NCBI GenBank assembly: GCA_964035545.1
Contig: OZ037771.1
Coordinates: 2,739,628-2,803,627, forward strand
Origin: Bugula neritina
Taxonomy: Eukaryota; Animalia; Bryozoa
Length of the DNA stretch: 64,000 nt
Reading direction: 5' to 3'
The notes under the pieces were generated by a model, which was given only the letters and a program-made list of their open reading frames with translations, did not search any database and was not told the origin of the DNA. The first letter of the stretch is position 1; every line of letters begins with the position of its first letter. Shown in pieces: positions 1 to 13,999 of the stretch. The translations under genes were made by a program, and so were the position numbers.

Positions 1-351
1 ATCACGTAACGTCAAACAAACATGGAAATTTATCATAAAGCTGCTGTATTCAAACTTGTACTGAAGCAATATTTTCATATTTTGAAGAAAGGTTTTTCAA
101 ACTGTCATACCCTCTCATAAAATTTTAAAACTTTGTAGATTTTTAGTTGCTATTGTTGAAATTCATCAGCACGCAAATTAAAATATTAAAATATATAATA
201 TGTATATAATATTAATATATATTTTTTTTAGATGTGACCAGTGACTGTTTCAAAACATTAGCAACATTCAACTTAATAAACCATTATCATACTAGGAAAT
301 TAAGTCACCACTGCTGCACGTTGCCTTAATACCACAAGTGAACTAATTTAC

Positions 352-3300
352 CTGCATGACTATATGATTAGGACTATCCTCTACATCAGATTTCATTGGT
401 CGAGAGAGTCGCCTTCTCCTGTATATAAGAACTCCGACTATGACTGGCACCAACACACTACCTGTCACAATTCCAGCTATTATAGTGGGCAACTCCCACT
501 TTGATTGCACTGTTTCAGATGTCGCCAATTCAACATGGCCAGACGATGAAGAAACTAGAAGTATAAGACAGTTGTAAGATATCTATTCAATCTGTCCCAC
601 CAAAAGAATAGGCAAGTTTTTCTATTGAGTAGAATACTACTAAGTTTAAAATGTCATATTTTAAAAAAGACTTTCTGGCAACTCAACTTTTACTTTAAAA
701 TGAACTAAAACTGTTACTTTGGGAAAGAAATACAATCTCTAATCCATTTAGAATAATATGAAAAATTATAAAATGTGTTTATTTTTCAATTTTTGAGGCT
801 TTAGTATACTTTAAGTTAATTATATATCCATTTATAAGCAATTATTTAAAATACAAAACATTGTAATCTGAAAACATAACTCCAAATACATTGCAGAATA
901 AAAACATAACTAATATTATTTCCTGCAGGGGGAACGTAATTTAAACTACAAGTTTTCAAAGTCTATTAAATAAGCTCTGTATATATTTGTCTATATACAT
1001 AAATACAAGCTAAATGTAAAGCAGATTGAATCTGTATGTCCCACAATGCATAGAATATCCTTTCTAGCATACCTGTCATGCTATAGACTCCTATGAACAA
1101 GTCGGGGTAGTCTGGTACAAGTTCACTGGACATGAATTCAATGTGGAGATAATTACTAGATGATATAATAGATAGATCTTCAAAGTCTTCATTACCCTTG
1201 AGATCAAATAGTAGGCTGGCATCAAATGTAGCCCCATCTCTTATCTATAACATAGTTAGACTCCCCAGCTAAAGAATTAGTTAAATAACATTATAAAAGG
1301 TGAACTAATATAATTTGTTATCACTTTTACCAACTTAATCATAAAAAGGTTTTGCTGCCTATAAATTGAGTTTATTAAACAGTAAAAATTTGAAATTAAG
1401 GACTAATTTTGATAAATTTTATTAATCAAAATAATTTTTTGCTAAAACCCTGTAGCCTCAAATTCACCACCTTTTCCCTTTGCAAGTGACCATTTGATAT
1501 TAGTATATTATGTAAAAACTTCAATTTGTCTTCATGCAGCAGAGATAAGTGATCAACATACCTTTAGTATTTGTCCTGCGGCATTCCATTTGAAATTAGT
1601 TAAGTTTAGTTGAATCACAGCATTGGGTGGTGCTTCAAGAGTCCAAACTATGTGCACCTTGTAGTCTTTAGTCCCCGGGCAAGACCTACAAATATAATGG
1701 GAATCATTTTGACAACAGAAAACTAAATTAAGATCTCTAAAATATTTATTTTTGCTACTTTTTATGAAACAAGAATCACTTATACCTAGTCGTGGCAATA
1801 ATTTAAAAGTCATGTCTCAATACTTAATAACATACAGACTGCAAATGGCTTTTGGCATTTAGCTGTTAGCATACAATATAATTATAATATCACTATTGAC
1901 AGCTTTAACTGATATATAATTTCAGCAAATACATATGATGAAGTGGTTTTAAATTAATGTATATAATAGTATATTGCTGAAGGCCATTTCAAATGTATTG
2001 ACTACTTTGGACGACTTAAGATGTGCTAAAAAGTCTCCATTATTGATTTGAAATCATGTGACAGCAACTTTCACAGCTCAGTTGAATAATGAATAGCTTT
2101 CAATACATGGCCTGTTACTAAATGCAAAATTAAATAGTTATTTGCAAACATGCATCAAACTAGACGAATACCTTCCAGGAATAATCAGCCCATCTGATTG
2201 GGTCAGAGAGCAGCCACACCCACACTGCAGAGCTTTATTAGTAGGTCTTTTAGGTTTAACCGGATTTACTGGCTTTAATTCTATTCCTGAGCATAAAATT
2301 TGACAAGATAAGAAAAACGAACACAAAATTGGTAGTCAACACCATTTGTTAGAAAAATTCATTTGCCCTGCACAGATGTATGTTTTTGCTTCGCTGCAAG
2401 ACTTGAAGGACAGCGCAGGAACTCATAGCTCGGTTTTCTCGTAGACAGAATTAAATGGAGTTAATAAAACGGCCAATGTATGAAAACATGCCACTGCAAG
2501 CATTTTTGTATTCATTGACAGCTTAGCCACCATTTTGCTACTTCATTGACCCTTGCATAGCCTGTGACATAAATTGATTTAACAAGATCCACAGTCTAAT
2601 TTTTAGACAACTCCAGTTAATCCAATAAACTACTGCATATTGGCTCTTGTCATTGGATGACATTTTATGTGGAAGTTGCTTACCTTCGCTGCACTCAATC
2701 TCACATTGTCTATACTGATAGGAGTCGTCCCCCTTGCAGAACTGCCCACCGTTAGACGGGCTGGGATTATTGCAGTACCTATACCTAGACTGTGTACCAA
2801 GTATGCAGCTTCCAGAGCAATTTGACCAGGGGAGCCACGCAGACCACTGTCCATCTACTGCTTGTCCAGCTGCAACACAGCTACAGTGTATGATCAAGGG
2901 CTCGCAACTCCAAGTGTAGCACTCCTCACACAAGAGTCATGTTAGCACCAAACATATTTCTCAAAAATGAAATTATTCATTTAGAAATTTTGTAAATTTC
3001 ATTGCATATTTCATTGTATAAAATCATAAAAACATAAGAGGTTTTGCAATTTTAAATTTGTTATACCAAAACAACACACTGCCAGGCTGAGATTTTTCAA
3101 CAAAACCTCCCTTAGATTGTACTGTTACTCAACCAAAGTCTATAAATAAAAACCAAGCATATTCTGCTATTATATCTAGTCTAAGCTCCTTGCATCTACA
3201 GAAAGGGACGATCTACAGTAGGTCTAACTGGTATATCTATAGTTGAGTTGGCTGGGAGACAAAATAAACAAGAGACGAAAACAGTCTACAAAAGCTCTAT

Positions 3301-6300
3301 ATACTTAGCCTACCTATAGTTTTGTTGGCCGGAAGACAGAATAGCCCGTGATCTGTAACAGCTTGATCTCTAGCTACTGTTTGATACTTGAAACAGTAAG
3401 TAGCAGGTCTGTTCTTCCAATGAAACTGTCTGATTCCATCGCAGTTGAAAGAGGTGGTGGAGGCATTGACCGGTGCTCTAGCCTCGTACATATACTCCAA
3501 CTCTCCCTAGAGATGGTGTCAAGTAGATCCATAGCAATGACAAAAATAAATCCATGTACTATTTACCAACATTAAATTCCAACTTGCCGAGGCAAATGTT
3601 GAAGAATTTATTAAGACTAGTATACATTGTGGGGTAGTTGTTGAAGGAAATGAAAAACTGAGTTTTACTAATGGTAACTGGTAACATAAAAAGTTGCCCA
3701 TTCAATAAATTAAAGCAGCTTCAGAAGCTTATAAACTTTTTATAGTATTACAATAAAAAGATGAAATGAATAAAGTAATCATACATTACTATCTTATAAT
3801 ATCCTTAAAAAATTAGAAAACACATTTACATGCAGTTTATTGCTAACTAATAGACTATCTTTACTAACTATTCAGGTATTAAATGTATTGGCATGGAGTT
3901 AAACAGCTGTAGTAAACTACCAAAGCAAAACAAAGGATATCAATTTTTAATTTTCTTTTTTTAAGTTGAAGTGTTTGAATTATGTATTAGTACACGCAGA
4001 TTAGAAGCAAAGCTCGCTTTATATAGCTGTCGTTATCGTCTCAGTTACACCACAAATATATCAATACAGGTAAACAGAGTGAGCGAGAACTTAAAACCTA
4101 AAGTATACATAACCTGACACTAGAAATAGTGGTTACACAAACAGATCTAGCTACTACAGTATGACATATGAAATGTTGTACACTACACTGTATATATTTA
4201 TTCTATATGTCCTAGTTTAAAGCATAACCCAGTAATATAGACTGTTCCTATGTAATACAAAGCTTCACTGACTTTCTTATTCTATATATATATATTATAT
4301 ATATAGCACAAAGCAGCCTAAAGGTTTTGCAATTAATACTTTCAACAAGATATAATATTAATAAAAATTTAATTTAAAAAAGTTAATTTAGATGTCTTTT
4401 TTGAATTTCAATTAAAATTTTAATCAAACAACAAAATGCAGCAAGCAGCCACATTTTTACAAATTGTTCAGTAGCTATACTATTGTATGGCTACACCATC
4501 ACATGGCTACACTATCTCATATCTACATTATTGTTTAGCTATACTATTGCATGGTTACACTATTGCATGGTTATATCATTGGTGATCATCAGCTATACTG
4601 TTGCCTAGTTACAACATTGCATGGTTACACTATTGCATAGCTATACTATTGCATAGTTACATCAATGAGGAATGACTCACAGGTGCCATTGATCTGCTGA
4701 TTCTAGCAAACATGTGGACATTGTCGGCCCTCCTCACACATCTCGGCCTTGTATAGTTTACCACAAGTTGTCCATCACATGGAAATATGCTCTTCTGCAC
4801 ACTGGATAGTTTGTAGTAATCTCCCCATGTCACACTCATCACATTTGATGTACTTATAGCAACATCCGGGTGCTGGGCTTCCCGGAGAATAACTTGATAG
4901 AAGCCTACAAATAGTGGTTTTTATTGGATGAAAATTAATCATAGATTTAAGAAAAAATAGACCTAAAACAAATATGATGCAATATATAATTATAGCAAAT
5001 AGTTAAACTTTTAGAGTTCTAACAAAAAATTTGTTTTTTATCCTTGAACAAGATTTCTAGCCCTATTTAGCAACACTTTTATACTATAATTGAAAGCTTA
5101 AGTCTTAAGTGTAAAGTGTTAAATTGTTGTATCCATTAGTACGTTAAACAAAGCTTATTGATTTCAGCAAATGGCAAACTAATAGACAAATATGAATTGT
5201 TTCAATCAGAGCTTTACCAGAGTCATATCATCTACAATTATAGTAAGCTGTATTCAACAGCTAAAGTGTCAATCAAACTAGATCTATAGGTGATCAATAA
5301 CATTAGCAATTGAGAGCCCAGTTTAACAATCTTGTGACTTGGTACAACAAAGAAGCTACAAATGCTACCCAAATCAAATAAACAAAACTATAATACGCTA
5401 GTCAGTTCTTCGAGTCAGATAATATAGAGTGACATGCTAGTAGATATCAGTGGGCAGGAAATTCGAATACGTAACTTTATTAGTTGTTGTAATTCCATCT
5501 ATCTTACATGTCTACACTCTGTCTTGTATGGGTTGTGTTTTTAGCATAAATATTGGAATCCACCCTTATTAAGTCATGAGTTTCAATTCATAAATTTAAA
5601 AAGCCCGTAGCAATTTAAAAGCTGCAAAAAATTGACATTGTCAGATTTTTGATAATTTGCCATTTTATTGAACGATATTCAGTCTTTCTGAAAGAGGATT
5701 TGAAGCTTTGTTATAGAGAGCTACCTTTTAGAAACTTCACCATTCTGGCAATAAAAATAGGAATTATCCAACAGATTGTATCTAAACATCTTTATTTTAA
5801 GCAATGCATATTAAAAAATATCTATATTCTTTGCATCCAAGTTTATGCATGCAAACAGTAAATCAAACTACACCTAGCTAGGAGTTATTAAAATTAACAT
5901 GGCATGTAACAGCTCATACTTTTGTGTGTACATAATTTCTTTAGATTTGAACACGTAAATGTAGGAGGTTTTTATTTAAGGCAATAAATCGATAACAGGC
6001 AATTGGTGACATTGGTGCTATGTATGATCTTTCATTCTACGCATACACCATATTCATATCATTTCCTTTTGATCTCTACACACACTAATTGCTTTCAACA
6101 ATTGACCCATTATATTTGTAAACTAATATCAATATTATATAATTGAAGTAATAATTCTATAAAAACACTGATAAGTAAAATAGTTTGAGTCCGTGGTCAA
6201 AGCAATTTCATCTTTTATATTTTGCTAACTTTTGTTATTTGGCCTAAAACCTATAATCATTGTTTGTATAAATATATTCTACTCTGGCTTCTTGTTATTT

Positions 6301-9300
6301 TAGTGTAACCAAGGGTACGACTACTGACAATAACTAGTAACTACTGACAAGAACTAACAACTACTGACAAACACTGGCAGCTACCGACATCTACTGACAC
6401 CTACTGACAGCTAGTGACAGCTACTGACACCTACTGACAACTACTGCATGTGTTTTTTGATAGCAACCTGAATCAGAATGGCAGTCAGTTAATGGACACA
6501 CACACACACACACGGAAAATAAAAAACCAGCGTCAATTTCTAATAAAGAGATTAGAGTGTTTGCTTAGTTGTAATTTGTTAAGATACTGTTATATAACTA
6601 TTCAATGGCGTGTGCATATCTCATAAAACATGTAACTTGATAGGTAGTGAAGTAGGTGAGTGAAAACAGTGTCCAGTTGCATTAGTTTTGTAGTCCAAAT
6701 GTCTAAGGAATTCCCCTGATGTACTTCTTTAAAGCTGAATTATTAATTTTTAATGACAAAAGTTTTACAGTATTTTTCATGAAAATCAATTTTCAACTTT
6801 TTCAAAACTTGTATATTGAACTATTTGAAACCTACAATACTTTAAAAAATGGAAAACGCCTTCTAAACTATACTTTGGAAAAACTTCCACTTGAAAAGTG
6901 CTGCATATCGCTCAGCTTTTTGACTATTAAAATTGGTAGTCTTAGTTCATAGGAAACTAACTTCTGTTACATTCACTATCTAGATTCTAGGCTACAAAAC
7001 TGGAAAATTACAGCTGTGTGTCTATACAAACTAAATAATTAATTTTTAATATGACGCTGATGCTCACTAAACTTTATGTAGAAAATAACAGATAAATATT
7101 GCTTTGTAAGCAAAATACCGACAAGTAATTATAAGTTATGTAATATAGTTGACAGACAAGTAAGTTTGATATTACATATGCTCACCAGCTCTATCGAATA
7201 TCTCACAACGAATCACTAGAGGGGAGGCATTTAACTGTCTCAAGTTTATATTGGGCTCTTGGTGCTCCACTGATGTCTCCACAAATGAACTATCTTCAGA
7301 GAAGACTACCTACATGTAGACATCACTGTATAGAAAGTAACTAACTATATACATGTTGACATCATGGTATAAAAAGTAGCTAAATAAATAAAAACAATAC
7401 ACACATATACACTTCAGTTGTGAAGTTTTTTTAGTGTGAAATAATTGATGAAAAGTTTTCTTATCTTAATTCTAGCAATTGAACAAAATTCTAAGGAAAT
7501 TTTAATTTATCAAAAGGAGAAATAATCATGTCTAGTTTGTCATACATTGTGGCACCATAATAGCAGATGTTTAGTTGTATGTAAATAGACAGTAGCTGTG
7601 AATGGTGGCATAACCAGTGCTCTGCAAATTTGTCTACAAGTTTGGGAGCCTCTCTTGGTACACCCCTAAACTGCCCACAACCTGGGAGGTTTTGAACTAG
7701 TTCTCAGAAAATAATTATAAGCTAATGAACTACAACAATTTAACAGCTTTACAAAATGCTCAACAGTTAATCAAAAGACAAGATGAATAAATTAGAACTA
7801 TGTTATAGCTGAACAACTGATTACATAACGACTGATAGGTAGACAGGTGCTCTTCAGGTTTAAGCAGACACTGCTTTTCCCTCTAATAGTCAAATCCTTT
7901 ATTTACAGTTAGTAACCTGTCTAGCTGAAAATGTGCTATTCTCACAAACTGCTGAAAATGGCTTCTAATTCGACCCTTCAGGGCATTTCAGGATTACTTA
8001 TGTGGAATTGAAAGGCATGTATGAAGATGCAGCACTTCTGTATTTTGCTGTTCAGGATGCTTATAAGCACATTCATTTAAGGGGTGAACAGTTTCATTCA
8101 TTTTATCCTGAATGCGTGCAGGGAAGACCTGCAACTGCTTGTTGAAAGCTTGAAGCTATTTTATACTAAAGTTTTAAAGATTTAATTGATATGCTGAAAT
8201 AAATTTTTCTGCCATTGAAATAGTGACTGTGTATCAATATGAAAATTGATTCACGCTAAGTTATGGCTGCCCAGATGTTAAAAAGTTGAATAACAAGAAA
8301 TGCTACATTCTCATGACATCATTCGTTCAATTTTACATAAAAAATGGTAGTATTTGAGAACTACTTTGACATGTTGCATGGCCATTACAGGTTCGAAACT
8401 AGTACAAAGTCACAGAATGAGAGCATCTGGAAACCCCCTCCCCCCACACTTACATCAAGAAAGAAAGATAACTCTGAGGGTTGAGTCTTACACGCCACAT
8501 CCTGTCCGATGGGACTGGACAGCAGTGAAGGGTGTACCTCTTCCTGTGCTATGTGACTTGTGGGAATGGTTAGGTTGAACTTGGGCCAAACTGCATTGAA
8601 GTAGGAGGTGGAGGTGATGACAGTACCGTCAGCCTTATGCAGTTTGACTATATAAGATCCTGGGCTAGTGACTGTATGGCAAGGAAACTGTACTATTCCT
8701 GTCAAATGATATACAAATTCAGATTTGATAAACATTTATCCAATCTTACTAGATTGCTATACTTTGTACAGGATTTCAAAAACAGGATTTTCCTATCCAA
8801 ATAGGACTATGCAGTTTTGTTGTCCTCAAGTTGGAAATAATTCAACGTACTAAAAGCTTGTTAGCATTGTTCTTTAAGATAAGAAATTTTGTTCTACAAG
8901 TATTTTAACCAACATCTAATGCTTAAATAAAATTCAATGAATAGGAGCTAAAATTTATGAAATATTTAGACTTATCTTTATGAGGGAGTTTCCACTTATG
9001 TTAATTGTATTTTAGTAAACTTTGATATAGATAACAAGTTGAATGTCAAAGAAAAATGTCTTGCCTTGAAACAAGATGCTTCAGTAAAACACAAACAACT
9101 GGAGAGGCTAAAAATTATAGCTACCAGAATGTTCCATAGTAGGTTCAGTCCAACAGCTGTTAGCTTAAGAGAAAAAGTTGCTAGTAATATTAAATATTAG
9201 TACCAACTTTTGATATTATCTTTTTCATTTAATAAATAAAATAACATGTATACTATTGCTAGTAATTCACTTTGACAAAGCAAGCAAAGTTTTGTCTACC

Positions 9301-12300
9301 AATAGAGTTTGGATATATAAAACCACTCAACTCATATCACTTACCTGCACGAACTTGCTGGACTAGTTGCTGAGCTATCTCGATATCTGAGTTTCGCTTG
9401 TATAGACTGAGATAACTGCGCCGCAGGGTTTTATCAAAGCTGTAGCGTACAGGTAAAGGACCACTTAGGATGACATAACTCCTGGCAGGCCCTGATATCA
9501 CATCCACTGACAAGATTACTTCTGAAACCAAAAAGGTCTAGTGATATATGAATGGATAGATGCAGTTGGGTACAAAAACAGTTTTAAGTTGCTATTTTAG
9601 TGAATATGTTTAGTATGAGAAACTATCAGCAATCACATTTCAAACTTAAACTAAGTTATAAACTCATGCTAAGCAAAGTTCCACAGTTGAAACTTAACAA
9701 ATAGGCATATGGATACAGCATAAAGTTTTGTTTCTCACTCACTCACTCACTCACTCACTCACTCACTCACTCACTCACTCACTCACTCACTCAAGGTGAG
9801 AACTGACCATATATAGCAACCAGTAAAAATCTTTACAATGATTCCAATATCTTATCATAGGAAAGAAAAGAAAGTATGTTTATTTAATACACTTCGGGTG
9901 CCACTTCAAACCCATGTGCCCCAAAGTCACTGATTGAATAATTACATAATTTAAATCATTCAAGTGTGTCTGCTTGCATTTGATTGTAACAACACAACCA
10001 GGTTTTCAAGAATAATATATAGAGAAGGTGTTCATTCATTGAAAAAATGCATTTTAGTTGCTCCATTTATTGGTTTTCAATTTTTGCTAATACTTTGGCA
10101 GACTTCTGCTATCCTCAAACTGAAAAACTTTTAACTTTGAGAGTGGCATAAATTTTATTGAAATATATCCGTAACAAATGTACAGCTTTCTAGATTCCAC
10201 AGTTTTTCAGTGCAATTTTCACTTTTAGTCGTTAGTCACGGCTGAAAGGAGCCCAAGTAGTTTGAACTTTATCTTAGTTGTTATCAAGAAAATTTTCTAA
10301 ATATTCAATAATTGCCATTGACTGCTAAAAACTCGCCAGCTTCCAGCTTTCTCAGACCTACAGAGAAGCAATTAGTAATCAACTAACTTTGGCTCATATT
10401 CATAATTAGAGTTACTTCTAATGTGTCAAACCATGCGTAATATATGCATTAGCTAGATCTATTTATCAGGTATTCAAAAAGACAAATGAAAATGCATATT
10501 ATAGACGGCTTGCTGGTGTTTTACACGTTCAGATCAATATAGTTTAGAATAATACAAAAGATTGCGTCTCGTTTCAACTCCTGTCTGCGATGTAGCCTTT
10601 TGTTCTAGAGTGAGTAGATAAGTTCTTATTGTGAAAGCAAGCCATGGACAAATTTAAGTATCAACAAACCAGTAGCTGCTGATTTACACCCAGAAAAAAT
10701 GTTTCATTCTTTCCTTCAATGCTTTTCATCAACTGTTCTAAAGTTTTGTCTTATTACATATAGTAAACATAATAATCAGCAAAATAAATATGACTACCTG
10801 GCCACCAATACTTCTGTATTCTGTAATTATCAGGAGCGGACTCCATTTTATTGGCAAGTTAGTCATGTAGATGCTGAGTATATTCTAGATTGAACTGACT
10901 ATGCAAGTTTTTGGTTTGGTATGTGGATTAGGAGTTGATTTAATTCAAAAAGACAAGTTACTATGCTAAAAACATATGTTAAAATTTGCAAGGCAGCACC
11001 TATCAGCACATCTAGAGCCAGTCAGCAATGTTCTAGAGAAGTATAATGGGATGCTTCAGAGTTGGTATAAATTTACTCAGCTACCCGAGAAAATTTTACT
11101 TGACCAAATTTTAACCAGTAGAAAGAGCAAACGCAGCTAATCGAAATGACTTGCCGTGACTCAATGCCATAGTCAGGCTTAGAACGAAACAGGTCTTTTG
11201 TCCTCACAAAATTCTCAACTAGCTAATAAATATTATTATATATGAAAAGTAGCAAAACTTTGAATGTTGTTTAACTCATTTTTAGTATGGAGTTTTAGAA
11301 ATGAGTATACTTAGAGGTATGCATGGTGTTCTGTGAGTGCAGAAATATGGGTAACGTAATTACTACAGTGATAAACTGATAAGCTGTGAAATGTACTCGA
11401 GTTGTCAAACAAACTACCCAGTTTAGCAATGGTAAGCAAATACTCTGTAATATAATTATGTGCTTACCTTAGCCCTATATTATATATTCATAAAAACAGC
11501 ACCCACTTGTTGTGGCGTGTCAGTGTCAAATCATGTAATAATGGTACAAAGATGTTTGTTAGGCATGCCAAAGTAGTAGACAGAATAATATGAAAAATGA
11601 TTGATTAATTCAATAATTGTGTTGGAGTTTGGGCGGAAATATCACATTGGTAGGGCACCCCTACTTCTTAGCAGCATGGTGGTAGCATGAAAACCACCTG
11701 GTCATTTTCACCAGATGCAGTTCATAACTCATATACAGTTGGTCATATTTACCCAGTGGGATATAACAGACTATAGCATAAACTAGTGCTTACAAGAAAT
11801 TTGTTTTTTTATTACTATGACTCTTGGTCACTGAAATTGATAAGTGAACGCAGGAGGTGAGCTTAACAGTTATTTAAAGCAAAAGACAAAACAAAGTTTT
11901 TAAAAATTGCCGTTTTAAAGAAATGGTGTACATTTTCATCACATTTTTTGCTAATCAGGCCAAACCTAGCTGTATAACTGTATTATTTACTAGCAAATGC
12001 ATTACTAGAATATTGCTATTGCTTGTATTTAAAGTTAATGTAAGTTTTTCCCTAATAGAAGCAACAAATTATTTTTCTAATCAACTATTTTGAAGGCTGT
12101 TGCTTGACAATTATGTAAGATTGACACTGATAACTATTACGACATAGCAATTGGTATAAATAGCTGGATATCTTCTGATATTTGAGCATCTAACAACTAT
12201 TATCTGACCAGGGGGCAAGTAAACGAATTCCTAGTCTTGCTGCAGGCACAGGGTTGACTTCAAAAATATGATATGAATACATAACTTTCAATTCAACTCT

Positions 12301-13304
12301 TTCTCTCTTTGTTATTCTCAACAACCTAATAATCAGGTTTCAAATCAGGCAGAGCAGATGTTTTGTTTCAATAAAAACATTCATATGTTGGATCAACCAG
12401 CACGCTACTAGCACTAACAATAAATATTTGTCCAACTATATTTAAGTTGACTTTATTAATTCCCAACTGCATATAATAGGAATAGTAAAATAGGAAAATA
12501 GTATCAGTAAACCATGTGTGTGCAATTTGATCTATAATGCAAAACTTTAGAAGTTGTGAGCTGCATAGAACTTACAATCTTGGTTAAGTTATAAGTCTAC
12601 CTAATTGTAATTTGAAAACAACTGAAATAAGCACTGTGCTCTTCTGAAATCACTAAGCTTGCTTTTAACTAATTTGGCGACTTGACGTAACATAAAAACC
12701 AATTTGAAGAATTGTGTAGATTGTGAATAGCTAATAGTCGAGATGACACTTGCATTACTAGCCTATTGAATGTGATTATCATGTCCCACTAATTTAAATC
12801 AAACAGAGTACATGCATGCATACATTGTGAAGAGCTATTAGCATTACTATTACTATAGCCACTGCACTACAACTCTAATGTACGACAGATGTTCCAATAT
12901 CCATTGTACTGATTCAAATTTTATTCAAACCAGTTAGACAGTTGCGCAGTAATTGGAGTAAGGGATGTAAACGAGCTCTACCAGCACGTTTGAGTATGCT
13001 AGAGATGTGCTGCCTCAATTCTGGCAGCTTTAGCAGCTGGAAAGGTTATTTGTATCTTTAGTAAAGCACACTTTTTCAAAAAAGCTAAAGCAAAATAAGT
13101 CGCCTAGATTAATTAATCAACTCTTGCATCTAATAACTAGAGAGTTGGTATGTTTATGTCAGGAAAGTTTTACCACTTTTTACATGTTATGAAGAAGTAA
13201 AAAATTGCGTTCAAATAAAGATAGACATAATAAGGCTGTATCTTACCTGGTAGCAGAAATACAATAAAGAAACTGATGGTGAGAAAAGGCAAGCATTTGA
13301 TCAT
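352..13304 (-). CDS. Golden goal (Gogo)/THSD1-like single-pass receptor: signal peptide, GOGO-type ectodomain, TSP1, CUB, TM; 3' end beyond window start
   Basis: Phase-consistent GT-AG exons: 13304-13247 (MIKCLPFLTISFFIVFLLP, signal peptide), 9521-9345, 8698-8454 (GIVQFPCHTVTSPGSY...NAVWPKFNL), 7309-7186, 4904-4681 (YKLSSVQKSIFPCDGQLVVNYTRPRC), 3506-3314 (FNC...YCFKY), 2869-2684 (TSP1: VDGQWSAWLPWSNCSGSC...RYRYCNNPSPSNGGQFC), 2286-2172, 1685-1562 and 1244-1073 (CUB: WTLEAPPNAVIQLNL...IRDG...IISSSNYLHIEF), 554-352 (TM IIAGIVTGSVLVPVIVGVLIY then RRRR). The N-terminal motifs resemble vertebrate THSD1 and the domain order matches Drosophila Gogo (from recall, no search run). Confidence 0.8.
4472..4660. 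repeat. Degenerate 16-bp minisatellite (~GCTATACTATTGCATG), ~11 copies
   Basis: Visible tandem array beginning about 20 nt inside the intron after the donor at 4680 (minus-strand gene). Confidence 0.8.
6308..6552. repeat. CTACTGACA-type short tandem array plus (CA)n; possible non-autonomous Helitron-like remnant
   Basis: Repeated CTACTGACA units at ~6320-6447 and (CA)n at ~6496-6513, ending in ...AATAAAGAGAT. The repeat is directly visible; the mobile-element identity is only an inference from architecture. Confidence 0.45.
9734..9793. repeat. (CACT)n microsatellite, ~15 units
   Basis: Perfect tetranucleotide run. It reads (GAGT)n, i.e. overlapping GTGAGT, on the sense strand of the host gene. 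Confidence 0.95.
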
Positions 13305-13499
13305 TGCCTCTATATAGCTTGAACAGTAATCCTTTTATTAAAACCACCCTGTATCAGTACATACTCCATGCAAATTATACATTTGTATTACTTTCAGAAA
13401 GTTGAGATACCCAAGTGCATAGAAATAACAAATTTTCCCTTCTATTGTATAAAGCACAATATAGAAAGTTCTACTGTCAGCTCCTAGTTAAATAATACA

Positions 13500-13999
13500 G
13501 CAAATTGCGAGAATACAATTCATGTGCTGTGCGGTTTGAGACTGTAGCTGCTAACCAATAAGTTTGCTGCAAAAGTCGAACGCTTTGTTTGCTATTTGCT
13601 CCACGAGGACTTGAATACAACAAGCAAAGCAAAACACGCGGCTCAATTTAGACTCCGCCCTTTAAAATAAGGAGATAACTCTTACAAACAACTATTGTTC
13701 ATAATATTTAAAGTTGTGCTCTCTCAAAATTTGTCCAGTTTTATTATGAAGCATGCGCTGTAGAGTGGTGCATTAAAATAGCCCTAGATTCTTTGCTTTC
13801 GATAAAATCACATCACGAAAGATATTAGGCCAGCGCACAATTCTTTTCATTAAGAACACCGGTTACCATCTATCTACACAGACACTGTAGTACCGGCTGA
13901 CTAGTTCTTTATAGTTGGTGTAACTTGAATAACACTTGGACTTTCAGTTTCAACGGAGTCAATTAAATTATCAACTGATCAGTTAAGCTACACCTCAAA
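13500..13999. promoter_or_regulatory. Probable bidirectional promoter (Gogo-like gene / COX7B-like gene)
   Basis: The divergent start codons are only ~700 bp apart (13304 minus, 14000 plus). CpG is locally enriched and a GC box CTCCGCCC lies at 13653-13660. An acceptor (tatag, 13310) just before the minus-strand ATG implies a non-coding first exon in this interval. Confidence 0.55.

Noticed and set aside
5649-10893. Short plus-strand ORFs in the large introns of the Gogo-like gene (5649, 6719, 8354, 10699)
   Set aside because: Low-complexity or antisense frames with no motifs; some may lie in decayed transposon sequence that I cannot classify.
12660-13125. Imperfect inverted repeat (TAATTTGGCGACTT / AAGTCGCCTAGATTA) as a MITE
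   Set aside because: The match is short and gapped with no target-site duplication; not enough support.
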